A stretch of DNA of 64,000 nt from the human T2T-CHM13v2.0 reference genome, Homo sapiens: the NCBI RefSeq assembly GCF_009914755.1, contig NC_060925.1; one strand, given 5' to 3'. The notes under the pieces are model-generated. The model did no database searches. It was not told the DNA's origin and saw only the letters and a program-made list of their open reading frames with translations. Positions 1 to 12,828 of the stretch are shown here, piece by piece (the first letter of the stretch is position 1; each line of letters opens with the position of its first letter). The position numbers were made by a program, and so were the translations under genes.

Positions 1-229
1 AAGACCTATGGGTAGATGGAGAAGGTCATCCCTGAACTTGTCCATCTTGTTGTTTCATCTGTAACTTTTTTTTTCCTAGGAACCCTCATAGACCCTAAAC
101 TGATTACAGGGAGGGGAGTGTGATAGCTTAGTATTTGAGATCAGGAAGTACTTGGTCCTTTTACTGTTTCCTTCTTTGGTTAAAACGCTCCAGTGGTTCC
201 CATTTGAAAGGCACTCTAACATCACAAAT

Positions 230-440
230 AAGAGCATAGATTTCAGAGTCAGGCACATTTAGGCCTGAATCCCAGCACTATTATTAACCGCCTTAACTTT
301 GAACCTCTGCTTCTTCATCTGTAAATGGGGATTCAAAATAATATTTTGGTCCTATAAGCATTAAATAAGGTAAAATGTATTTAATGTCTGCTATAGTGCC
401 AAGGACTTAGTAATTGTATAATAAATGATAGTTATTATTT
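230..440 (+). mobile_element. MIR SINE (degenerate)
   Basis: ctctgcttcttcatctgtaaatgggg core and 3' aataaatgatagttatta end. Confidence 0.75.
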
Positions 441-2149
441 CCTACCAAATAATAGTCCAGACACATTAGTGAGACACTCGAGGCTCCTCACAGCATGACC
501 CCTCCATCTACCTTTCACTCCTGCGAGCCTGGCCATTCCCTGAGGCAAGAGATTCCTTCAGATCCCTGAGCTATTCCCCGCTCATGGGGTAGGGCAGAAG
601 GCCATGGCACTTAAAGGACAGAAGGGTTCTTTAGAACCTGATGTCCCTGCTCTGCCCTCATGGGAGGAGAATCAGTTCCTGGCAGAAATCAACTTGAGAG
701 CATGTCCTTTGAGAAGAGGGGGCTGGGAGGTGAAGAGCGGGATTACATTGAATGATGAGTAATTACACATGAAAGATCTGGAGGGCAGCTTGACAATTGA
801 GCTGGAAAATTCTCGTCTTTTACTGATGAAACAAGAAAAATCTGTCTTTTTTTTTTTTTTTTTTTACTGGAGAGCAGCCAGGAACTTACCAAATAAATAG
901 AAAATAAATGGTAAAATGTGTGGCCCAATTGAGTCCCAATTAAAGTGAGACCAGTGCATCCTAGTGTGTGGAATTGTCCTTAGATTTTAACATTAGAGTC
1001 AATTTTTGAACCTGATAGAAATTTTATTAATGAGGCAGTGTAAAAATATCTGATTATAATTTAGTATCAGAGACTAGCAAAGTGTTATCAAACAGTTACA
1101 TTTAAATGATTTGTAAAATGCACGTGAATTATTTCCTAAACAATGTGCCTCAATTAAGGTACTTGAAGAGCTCATCCTTTTAGTTTGGTGAAATGTCTTC
1201 CTTGCAATCTTGTTGGCTTTGATAATGGCTTAAATCACTCTTGTATGTATGGATTTGGGAGCAGTACTTTGGCCTAGTCCATGTGTAAATTATATTTTAA
1301 CTAATGGGGACTAAAGTGTTGAGGCGTTTCTTGACTCCAGGGCTTTGTTATTCAGTACTCTTTTCATTTCAAATGGCAATTTTAAAATCAGTTAAATCTT
1401 GCCCCTGTTAACAAAACTGAGGATGAAAGCATATTTTTCTGCAGCTATTCCAATTCATAGCTTTTCAATGGCTCCTCTGCAGTAAGAGACCTGATGAAAG
1501 ATGCGTAGAGCAATGACTAATTTTATTTTTTTTTATTTTACTTTTGGCCTGTGTCTGATTGCTATCCTTGGCTCAGACCTGTGGGAGTTAGGATGTGACA
1601 AATAGCCCCCCCAGTGGTTTGGCAGCCACGTTCAGCTGTTAAGATTAGAGTGTACCATTAAGGAACCCTGTTTTCCAAAACAAGAGACAATGGTGAGTTT
1701 GCATTATAACATGCCTTATATGGTATATGTGGTAATACAATGAATTATACCATGATGCTTTACTAGGATTCTGGGGGGAAATTAATTCAAGAGAGCAAAT
1801 TATATCCTTTATCCAGGTGTGTGGGAGGAGCAGGAAATATTGGGCCCTCCCGCAGAAGATGCATGTCTATGAGCATGACCTCTGAGAACCTTTTCAGATG
1901 CTACAGGATAGAAAGGTCTCCGAGATAAGGACTTGAGCTAAGCAGAAGGCAGAAGCTTGGGGTGTGTGATCCTAGATCACCTGCCCATATATTGATCTCC
2001 CACCCTATTCTTACATCTTAGAGATATGAAAGATTATCCCTTAGTTCTTCCTTAAGACAAATGTAGCCTGGGGAAAGGGAAACCTTTGTGGTTATTTTGG
2101 TAAATTTTTTAATTGATTTCATTTTTCCTATGGCAGCTTGCAGTTGTAC

Positions 2150-2312
2150 TTTTATTAATGTGCTTGTTTACTTGAGGTCTATCTTCCCTACTAGACTAGG
2201 TAAGTTTCAAAAGGTTGGCAACCTCATTTGTTCACAACTGTATATCCAGTATGCAGAACAGTGCCTGACATATATTAAGGACTCCACAGATGCTTGGTAT
2301 ATGGATGAATAA
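2150..2312 (+). mobile_element. L2 3' end fragment
   Basis: cagtgcctgacatat...atggatgaataaa typical L2 tail. Confidence 0.65.
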
Positions 2313-2869
2313 AGATGTGTTTGGCTGACCTACCATATGCCCTGTCTTATATGTGAGAAGATGCTGGGGAAGATATTTCTGTCCTCTGAACATTTAGAGG
2401 TTATCACATTAAGGATTTAAGGTTTATAAGGCCTTGGGTCTAATTCCCAAGTCATGATTCATTTGGCATTTATAGTGAAAATTAATTTAATTTTGAATAT
2501 GGGATCATTTGTTGAGTAAAATAACCATTAGAAGTCTTTGCTTGTGACATACAGTAGTGGAACATAGGTTTGCCATACGTTGGCAAAAAATAAGAAAGGA
2601 AAGAAAAAAAGTAACCTTCATCACAATGTCCAACTAAGAACCAAAGCCTGAATTATGAGCACTTCTTCTTAGCAGCAGGCCAGGATAGGGAATCATGAGA
2701 TGCAGGTTCACCTATGTTTCTAAACTCACTCAGTGAATGATCTTAGGCAAGGCACTTCCTCCTGGGGCCTCAGTTTCCTGTGCAGTTGGGTGGATTTCAG
2801 GGATCTCTTCCAGCTCAGAAATTCACTGTGCTGTTTGACAGAACCTTGAACTAAAACCTGCTGATGCAG

Positions 2870-3100
2870 AGCCTTAGTGGTTAAGAGCAAGAGCTTTGAT
2901 CATCATACATGCTTGGGTTCATGTCCCAGCTCTGCCAGCTGATGTCGGGCACTCAACCTCTCTGAATCTCTTCTGTGAAATGGGGATAGTGATTCCTATG
3001 TGCTAAAGTTAGGAGGTTTAAATAAAGATTTGCACTAAAATTGCTTAGCACAGAGTCTGGCCCAGAATAAATAAATATTCAAAAAATTTAGAAGTTGTCA
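2870..3100 (+). mobile_element. MIR SINE
   Basis: tagtggttaagagc...ctgtgaaatggggata...cttagcacagagtctggc. Confidence 0.7.
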
Positions 3101-3871
3101 TTATTTCTATCTTGAAGATATTTATGCCCTGACTTATTTTAAATGCCTCACCAGTAGAACTGGGATGATTTTTCACCTTCAAGCTGCACAGTATGCTCAC
3201 AATGGACTGGCGGTCATTTAATTTATCAAAAGGCAAACTTTGGTGTGACATCATGATCTTGACAGACAAATGCCTCCCTCCCTTATTTCAAGTTGGTTTA
3301 ATGGTGTTGCTCCTCTGAGCTTCTAAGAGACATCAGTGAGTCTCTCTCTGAGTGGTTGCGTGTCCCTCTTTAGATGAAACCCTTTATAAGCATAACTGTG
3401 CCAGTGTGTGAGAGAATTTCTGGCCCAGAGTGGGCATAGTTCCTGCAGCCTGGTTTCTTATAAATTCACTGGAAACAGAGTTTGTCTGAAGACTGCATAG
3501 GAAATGAAAGTAAACGCCTGCACTTAGAAAACTGCAGTTAAACCAGACTCCATGGAAATAACACACAATACCCAGAAGTCTATGTAGAATTGTCCCTTGT
3601 GCTGGCAGAGGGCCTTCGCCCCTGCAGGCTGGGACAGTGGCAATGGAGCAAATGGTGTGCTGGCCCTTCCTTTCACAAAGGTGTGGACACTCTAAGTGCC
3701 AAGGCTGTGGGTGGGGTCCCCTGGGCCTGTGCTGCTCTGATTCCCTATCATTGTAGGGTTCTCTTTTCTCCCTGAAGTGTTCTGACTGTCTTTCTTCTCT
3801 CTACCCCAACCCCATTTTTTTGTTTTGTTTTATTTTGATTTTCTACTGCTCTCTGATTGGATCCTCCATAG

Positions 3872-3883
3872 GAACGCTTTGGG
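3872..3883 (+). CDS. CACNA1E: 12-nt microexon (~exon 26), domain III S3-S4 loop, (A)NAL(G)
   Basis: ccatag|GAACGCTTTGGG|gtaaat with an upstream T-rich tract. Supplies G AAC GCT TTG GG, joining in phase to A ACC AAC of the next exon and giving ANALGTN as in Cav2.3. Confidence 0.93.
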
Positions 3884-5470
3884 GTAAATATGTTCGATTA
3901 TCTTTGAAGTAAACGATACAAGGAATGAGTTGGAGGAGCGAGAAAGTATGGTTGGGAGGGGAGGGGCTCACGCACTGAGAAAAGAGTGGTCAGTTTTTAT
4001 TTATATCCAAGGGATCAAAATTAGGAGTCACCAAGCCTTCTTGGGAAATGGTCATTCTTATTGGTTTGGATATGTATTCGGCTCATATGTTGCCTCTTTT
4101 AGGTATGTAGACAGATGAGCCTAATGCAGTGAAATCGTTTGTAAAACATGCCAAAGTCTCTGGATGCTAAAGACCACATCAGTGCAAGGCTTTTGGATTA
4201 TTTATATTCAGATCTGGGATTGAATAAAAGTGACTTGTAGGTCATGGCCTATAATCATTAAGAGAGTCTTAAAATAAACATTCTGGGCAAAGTCAGCATT
4301 CCTTCAATTCGATTAAATATCTTTTGGCCTCGTTTTCTGTGAAAGAATGGATGGACTTTTATCTCCCTGTCAGGGGGGTGGGGTAGGGGGGTAGGTATCG
4401 CAGGAAGGTCAGGGGGAAAGCAGCCGGAAGCCTTGCAGTTCCCACCTGATGTTCTGGACCCCATTTCCTCAGATTGTTGGTGTAAGAGTAATCTGGGTCA
4501 ACATGAAGAAAGAGACAGAGCCTGACTCCACTATTTAGAGTCTTGTTTTCCACCATTTGTGTGTTTTATAAATGACAACTATTTGAATTGAATGCAAATA
4601 TCTCAGGGGATGAACAGAGAAGAAAGAGAAATGCAAATGTATTTGTTCATTATTTTATTCCTAAAAATAAAAAGAGAAACATACTGTCACTATTAGGAGT
4701 AAACATTTCCAAGAGGCTGACTAGGGAGGATCAATAGCTGTAGGGCCAGGATAAAGGTAGGCTGGGCCTGCAGTTTGGGCCTCCTCCAGTTGAGTGGCTC
4801 TCTGCAGCCTGTGCTAGGTGCACACCATCTGCAATGGAAGGGACTGCGGGAACAGCCAGCCACACAGAGGTACTGGGGTGTGAGCCAAGGTCCTAGCTAG
4901 AAGCCTGCATGACATGCTTTCTCTGGAACACGTGGCCCAGTGAGAGTGTCATGTCTGCCACCCTGCCTCACCTTGCTGTCTCCTGAACTAATGAACTGTG
5001 CAGCGGTGACAAACCCAGATTAAGTCTAGTGCCCTGATGAGACTTGCTCTCAACTGTGGGTTCATCAATTCAGCGAATATCATTTGAGAACCTATCATTT
5101 GACAAGCACTGGATTAGGCACAGTAGGGATCTGAAGTGGGCTACTGCTCACGTTCCCTAGTTGATGTGTCTTCCGTTTTCATTGTGCCAGTGTGGTAATC
5201 AGCAGCATTAGACTGGTAGTTAGGGAAGGAAGTGTTTATTAACATATGTGCATGGATGCCTCTGTGTGCCTGTATGTTCCTCTGTGTGTGTATATATGAG
5301 TGTGTACGTGCATGTGGATGTGTGTTCATGCGTGCACACTGGGAAGTGATTTGAGAATATTCCTGAAGCATTTTTCGCAGGATGTCCCTGGAGTCAAATC
5401 TGACTCAGTTTCTGGCTTCTTGCCTCCATCTCTCCCATACATCTCTCCCCTTTTAGCCTGTTGTTACTAA

Positions 5471-5692
<222 letters not shown>

Positions 5693-6611
5693 TAGCCATG
5701 GCTGGCCTGCCTTTGGAGAATTTGTTCTGGGAATATTCCTTTTTCTCACACGGATATCGAAGTTCTTTTCATCTGCCTGAGCTAAAGGTCTTAGTTTCAA
5801 AGGAAAATAACCAACATCCCAAGAAATCTATAAGAAAGCTTTTTCTTTTAAGTTCAGACCCAGATGGTGTCTTCTCTCCGGTGTGATATGTCATCCAAGA
5901 GGGAATCCTGTGTGGCTTTGTCCTGGGGCCTCCTATGTCTATGTCCCCAGTGCAGACCCAGAACACCAGAATGGAAGCAACGGGATCCCTCTGTGTGTTC
6001 TGGTCTGCATATTTTTTAAGGCCGAGTATCCTGGGACATTTTCTTTTTCTTATAACTCAAGAGGAGAAGAGGCTCTTCTAGCCCTACCCTTCATAATTTT
6101 GAGGCACAGATAGGTCAGTAACTTGTCCAAGGACATGCAGTCCATTTTTGGCAGAGGCAGAGAAGAAATGGGAAGTGAGCTGACATGAATTAAGTTCTTC
6201 CTATTGCCAGGACCTTTATTAGGTATCTTACCCAGATTTCTCCTTGTCTAATATGCTCCCTCCTCAACTCCCCTGGGGTTCCACCTTCCACGAGTCTCCC
6301 TGCCTCTCAGGAAAGCTTCCTGCACTCTATCACACAATTCTGCTAGACTGTTGAACCCACCTGCCCCACCCCGCATACTTTGCTGTTAGTGGAAGCTGAG
6401 GCTCCATGGGAGGAAAGTTCTTTCTCTCTGAATTCCTGTGAATGACAGCAAGGCACTGCCAGGGAGAGGACCAGAGCTCCTGGTTTCCAGCCCCAAAGTC
6501 TTTCTGCTGCTCAGGCCACATAGCCAGTCAAGCCCCAAGTATTCTGGCTACACCAGAATACTTCCCAGCAAGCAGACTCAATTCCCTAACTTCAGCATCA
6601 CATGGAATCAT

Positions 6612-6798
6612 GCAGTGCTTCTCAAGGTGTGGGTCATAGGCCACCTGCATCAGGATCACCTAGGTACTTCTTAAAATCCAGATTGCTGACAACCGCAACA
6701 CAACAGAGCCAGACTCCCTGTGGGAGGGGCTTGGAGTGCGCCTCCTAAACGGGCTTCCCAGGTGACTCTTAGAATATAGTGTAGTTTGAGAACCCCTG
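6612..6798. mobile_element. MER5-type hAT-Charlie DNA transposon
   Basis: Terminal inverted repeats cagtgcttctcaa ... tttgagaacccctg; internal gcatcaggatcacct. Confidence 0.75.
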
Positions 6799-8578
6799 TC
6801 AATATTAAAAAGAACCCACTTGAGTGCGAGGCTCAGCTCTAGGACTTAGAAGCTATATGACCCAGGGCAAATTACTTATTCTTTGACTTTCTTTCACATG
6901 GGAAATGAGGACACATTGTAACTCATACATCTGTGGTGTGGAGAAAATGAACTGACGTGAGTGGTCCCTGTTAGAAAACTCAACAGTTCCTCTGGAATGC
7001 CTGGGCCTGCTCTCCCAAGCCTGCCACGGAGGACACAGCTTGGGGAGGGCTCTTGTGCACTTGGCTCTCCCTTGCTTCTCAATTCCCACTTCCTATTGAA
7101 TTCTCATCACCTCTGATACTCTTTGCCCACGCCTACCCCAGACCTCCTTCAGGCCTCATAGCACTGCTTCCCTTTCAGCCATTTAGCTCTGCAGAGAGGA
7201 GGCAAAACTAACTAGGTTTGTGAAACAGAAGAAAAGTCACTTCTGAGAGGCCCCGATGTGACTGAAACCTGGCTACCTTTCAGAGCCCAGGGCCCTGGCC
7301 CACCGCGTGGGTTCCCAGAGAGAGACACCCATGCTCCCAAGGAAGTGGCCTGGCCGACTGCTGTCCTCCCTGGCTACCCCGCCTTCCCCCCTGGAGGAAG
7401 CACTTCTCACAATGTCAGCTGTTTCTTACCACCTTCCTGCCCATAAATGCTCATTGGGTTCTGCCTCACACACAGAGCGTGGCCAGGCTGCCTTGGGCCC
7501 TGACCCTTATCAGTATTGTCAGTGATCCTGCAGGGCAGGATTCAGTGGGCCTCAAGGAGAGTGCAGACAAGCTTGATGAGATTCGTTAATAGGCCAGAGA
7601 AAGCACCCTGCAACCTGGCTTAATTCTGTTAAATTAGAAAGGGCTAGTTCCTCGCTCTGCAGCTCCATAACCTGAGAGAGACGTAGGTGGCTCTGATGAT
7701 TCCACAAGGGTGCCTGTCACTTACATTCCCTGCAGTGTTGAACTAATTAAACCAGCAGTGCTTCACCCAGTGCTGCAAAGAAGCAACTGCACAAATGCAG
7801 CACCACCGTGGGGCTAGATTGTCCTGTGAGCTAAACCTAAAAACCTAGAAAATAACCTGAAAATGCCCTGCAATGTATTGAATTCCCATGTAACTCCTCA
7901 CAGCTTAGGGCCTAGAGTGGAGGTCTCTGGAGGTCTGTTGCCTTTTAACTGAAGTGTAAGTCCCTAGTTCTATCTACCCAGCCTCGCCATCTCTAAGAGA
8001 AGGTGTCTATTGGTCTTTCCCACATTACTTCTATTGGTCTTCATCCCAAATGCAGCCACCTTCACTAGAGAACATTTACATGAAGTGCTGAATATAATCA
8101 TAAATGTATGAACTTGCCTATGAAATATTAGTGAAATGAACAAAGATGATAGTGTATTATTACCTGATCCTTTTAGAAAGGTAAGGAGAAAACAATACAT
8201 AATCAGTATATAAATCGAATCTAAGAACGTCACCAAATAAAGCACAAGCTATTTAAAGACTAAAATTGGCTAAATGATCTCAAATATTCCTTCCAGCTAT
8301 ACACTTCTATGCTTCACACTAAGTGGAGTACCCGTACCAGGATCACACAGAGGACCGCATTCCTTGCTTGATATCATCTGATTTCTACTGCGTTGGGTCT
8401 ACATTCAGTTTCAGAACATGTGTTCCCATCCCAGGTGGTAGGTCCTTGCAGTCATAACCAGCTTAGAAGCCAGCCCTTAATCTCATGAGCACCACCTCAC
8501 CTCTTAGCAGGAAATTCTCTCCTGGGACAACTTCTTGGTGGGGCTGGGTAGTGGTGGTATGGCCCAGCTCGGCTCTAG

Positions 8579-8797
<219 letters not shown>

Positions 8798-8929
8798 TAA
8801 GTGCCACCAGCGCATTCCACTTGATTTTGCTGAAGCATGTCCTGATGATCCCACTCCACCACCACAGGTCCACCCTCCCTCCTTTCTATCTTACCCATCT
8901 CTGCTCTTCTTTCAGCAAAAAGACAAAAT

Positions 8930-9200
8930 GGAATCAATAAACTTTTTACTGAGTGCCTCTTTTGTGTCAGACACGAAAACTTGAGTGTAAAATATCTCGT
9001 ACCATGACATTTTACACTCGAGTTTTCATTTCAAACCCCTATAACCAGCTATTGAAATAAGTTTTATTTGCTTATTATACAAGTGGAAGCTAAGACTCAG
9101 AAAGTTTAAGCAAGTTGCTCAAGGTTACACAGCCAGTAGTGAAAGGGTTAGGATTTACTCCTGTATCTGTTGGGCACCAAATCCCATTTTTGCTCCATGG
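8930..9200 (-). mobile_element. MIR SINE, antisense (contains the hairpin at 8975-9027)
   Basis: gactcagaaagtttaagcaagttgctcaaggttacacagcca MIR core. Confidence 0.65.
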
Positions 9201-9295
9201 TAAAAATACCTTCCTTTAATAGAATTCCTTTTGCCTTACACATGTATGGTGATCATTATTACCCCCACATTATTGCGGCCTGTAGAATGTGCTGA

Positions 9296-9493
<198 letters not shown>

Positions 9494-10255
9494 TGAGTGA
9501 TTGAGTTGTCATGCTTGTCTGTGGCTGTGATAGGACCCCTGGTTGCCTTGAGAAGCTGACTCAAGATGAACAAGGCTCACGCTTTGTTATTGTATCAGGG
9601 AAAGTAAGGGGTTTTGAGAAGGTGACACAGGCAGAAAAGAGGAAGAATGAAAATTCTTCAGGCAAAAATAGAGAAGTGGGTGAGCAAATCAGGAAAATAT
9701 TTGAAACTCTTAATGTTTTAGCCAATTATTGAGGAGTCAAGTGGAGCCATCTGACTTCTATGGAACAAATGAGTTTTGAACAGCCCTGTACCCATAAGGA
9801 GAATTCCTGAGAGCTGTTATAGACAGATTTATCCTCCAGGGGGGCCCAGCACCTGAAAGCCTGAGGATTGAGGGTTAAGAATGAGTTGGCAAAACCCAAA
9901 GGCACCTCCTGTGATCATGAGGAAGACCACAGAATGCAGGTCTTATGCTGCCCGTAGTTGAAAGCTAATTTCTCAGAGACTTAGCAATGACTAAGACACC
10001 ACTCTCTAGTGGCAACAGGTTCTACTTGGCAGCAAAATGTTAAATGGGAATCTGGGAGTCTCTTTGTATTGAACATGACAACCTAAACTATGAAATGGTG
10101 TCCCTCTGTTGCTTAGGAGTTGAGTGCGTGATGGAACAGAGGCTAGAAAGAGAAGTGGATTGTTGATAGCAGGATATGACAACTTGGGTTTGGACTCAAA
10201 AAAAATTAATGGAGGATCTGCAAAGTCAAAGAAGTCAGATAAAAAATTATAATAG

Positions 10256-10591
<336 letters not shown>

Positions 10592-11273
10592 TAAGAAAGG
10601 AGGACTGCATTTTCTTAACTTGATTAAGAATTATAGAGAGAAGATGGGAAAAGTAACTATTCAGCCATTAAATAAACATTTTCCAAGCACTGTTTAAGGC
10701 CCACGTATGAGGCACGGAGATCTGGAAGATATGTAAGATGTTTAACATGCAGTCTTTACCTTTGTGTGCACATAGTCTAGAAAACAATGATAACTTCAGA
10801 TATCTGCTTATCTGACTGTGACCTTCCATGCCATGTACTTGCTGTAAGGGCAGGGAATGTGTCTTATCGCAGCTTTTCCAGCAACAAGCATAGTTCTGGC
10901 ACATTGTAAGGTTTCAAAAGCTGTTTTTGAAATTTCTTTATTTTATTTTATTTTTTCGATGGAACTGAACTAGAAACTGTTAGGGACTGTAAGAGAAATG
11001 CGACATAAAGTGCTGTAGAAATACATAGGTAGGTAGATCTTTACTTCTGACTAAGGACATCAAGGAAGGATTCCTGCCTAAACAGCTCAGCCACATGCTG
11101 TGTAAAGGACTTTTTTAATAACCATGAAGTCCCTACTCCATGTGGCAACACCTCCAGTTTTGTGTACTCCTTTAAGGTGACGCCTTGTCTGTAGTTTTGT
11201 CCAAGTGACCCCAGTTGCCATCTTTACTTGCCCAGCCCTGCCCTTTTTCCCATTCACCGTCCTCCTCTTCTGA

Positions 11274-11687
<414 letters not shown>

Positions 11688-12117
11688 TGAGCAAAATGCA
11701 GTGCAGACTATAGTAGCCATCCAGGGGCTCCCAAGACCTGAGATGGCAATGGGAGGCAGCTTCAGACAAGGGTGGAAAAATCAGGAGACAGAGATCCATC
11801 ATCACGGGGTCTAAAGGAGCCTTGGAGTATTCAGAGAGGCTCATCCTATTTAATACTAAATGACTAACTCCAGTAACTAACTCTAGAAAATGTTTCTTCC
11901 CTGCCCACCCTCATCTCTAGGAACACTGGCTGTTTTGCTATTAAGTCTGGTGGGGCGTGGGTCTGTGTTTTCCTTTGTTTTGTTGGGTAGAATATGTGGT
12001 TCTCCTCTCCAGCACTCGAAGTCCATCTCTCCTCCTGTACCACACACCAGAGTGTCCCACAGGGCAGGAATGAGAGATGGCCAACCTCAGTGACATGTAT
12101 TCCCCCTCTTACCTTAA

Positions 12118-12276
<159 letters not shown>

Positions 12277-12787
12277 TGAATCCTTCCCAGCACTGGGCTT
12301 GTCTCTTTCTGTTGGGTGCCTTCCCAGTCTTTGTTGAAGGGGAGGTGGTTACTGCTATTCCAGAAATCACCCACCTAGATGTGGGCTCGTTTTGACTGCT
12401 CAGTAAACTGCCGTAGAGACAAGATGATGTGTGAGGAAGCTGGGAGAAAGGGCAAAGGAAGCCACAGCCATCAGCCTGGTCCTGTGAAATTCTGTCAGCA
12501 GTCCAGAGGCGGCCATCATTGAGTTTCACTAGAACTGCAATTTATGTGTAGATGAAGGAGGAAGCCAAAGATTGGACTAATAAACTTCGAGTGCTTATTT
12601 ACTGGTAAAAGGTATAACAGTTTTATAACACAAATGGGAAAATAACTATCTCTCTTAGCCTCAAACATAGCAAATAATAGATTTTTACCTATTAGTCCTT
12701 CTGCCATTAGTAACATGAAGAGTAATTTCTGCCAAAGAAAATAGGTGTTTATTACTTATGCCTATAAAGGCTAATGACCTTTAAGGG

Positions 12788-12789
12788 GT

Positions 12790-12826
<37 letters not shown>
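12788..12826. repeat. (TG)n microsatellite
   Basis: Near-perfect GT dinucleotide run. Confidence 0.95.
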
Positions 12827-12828
<2 letters not shown>

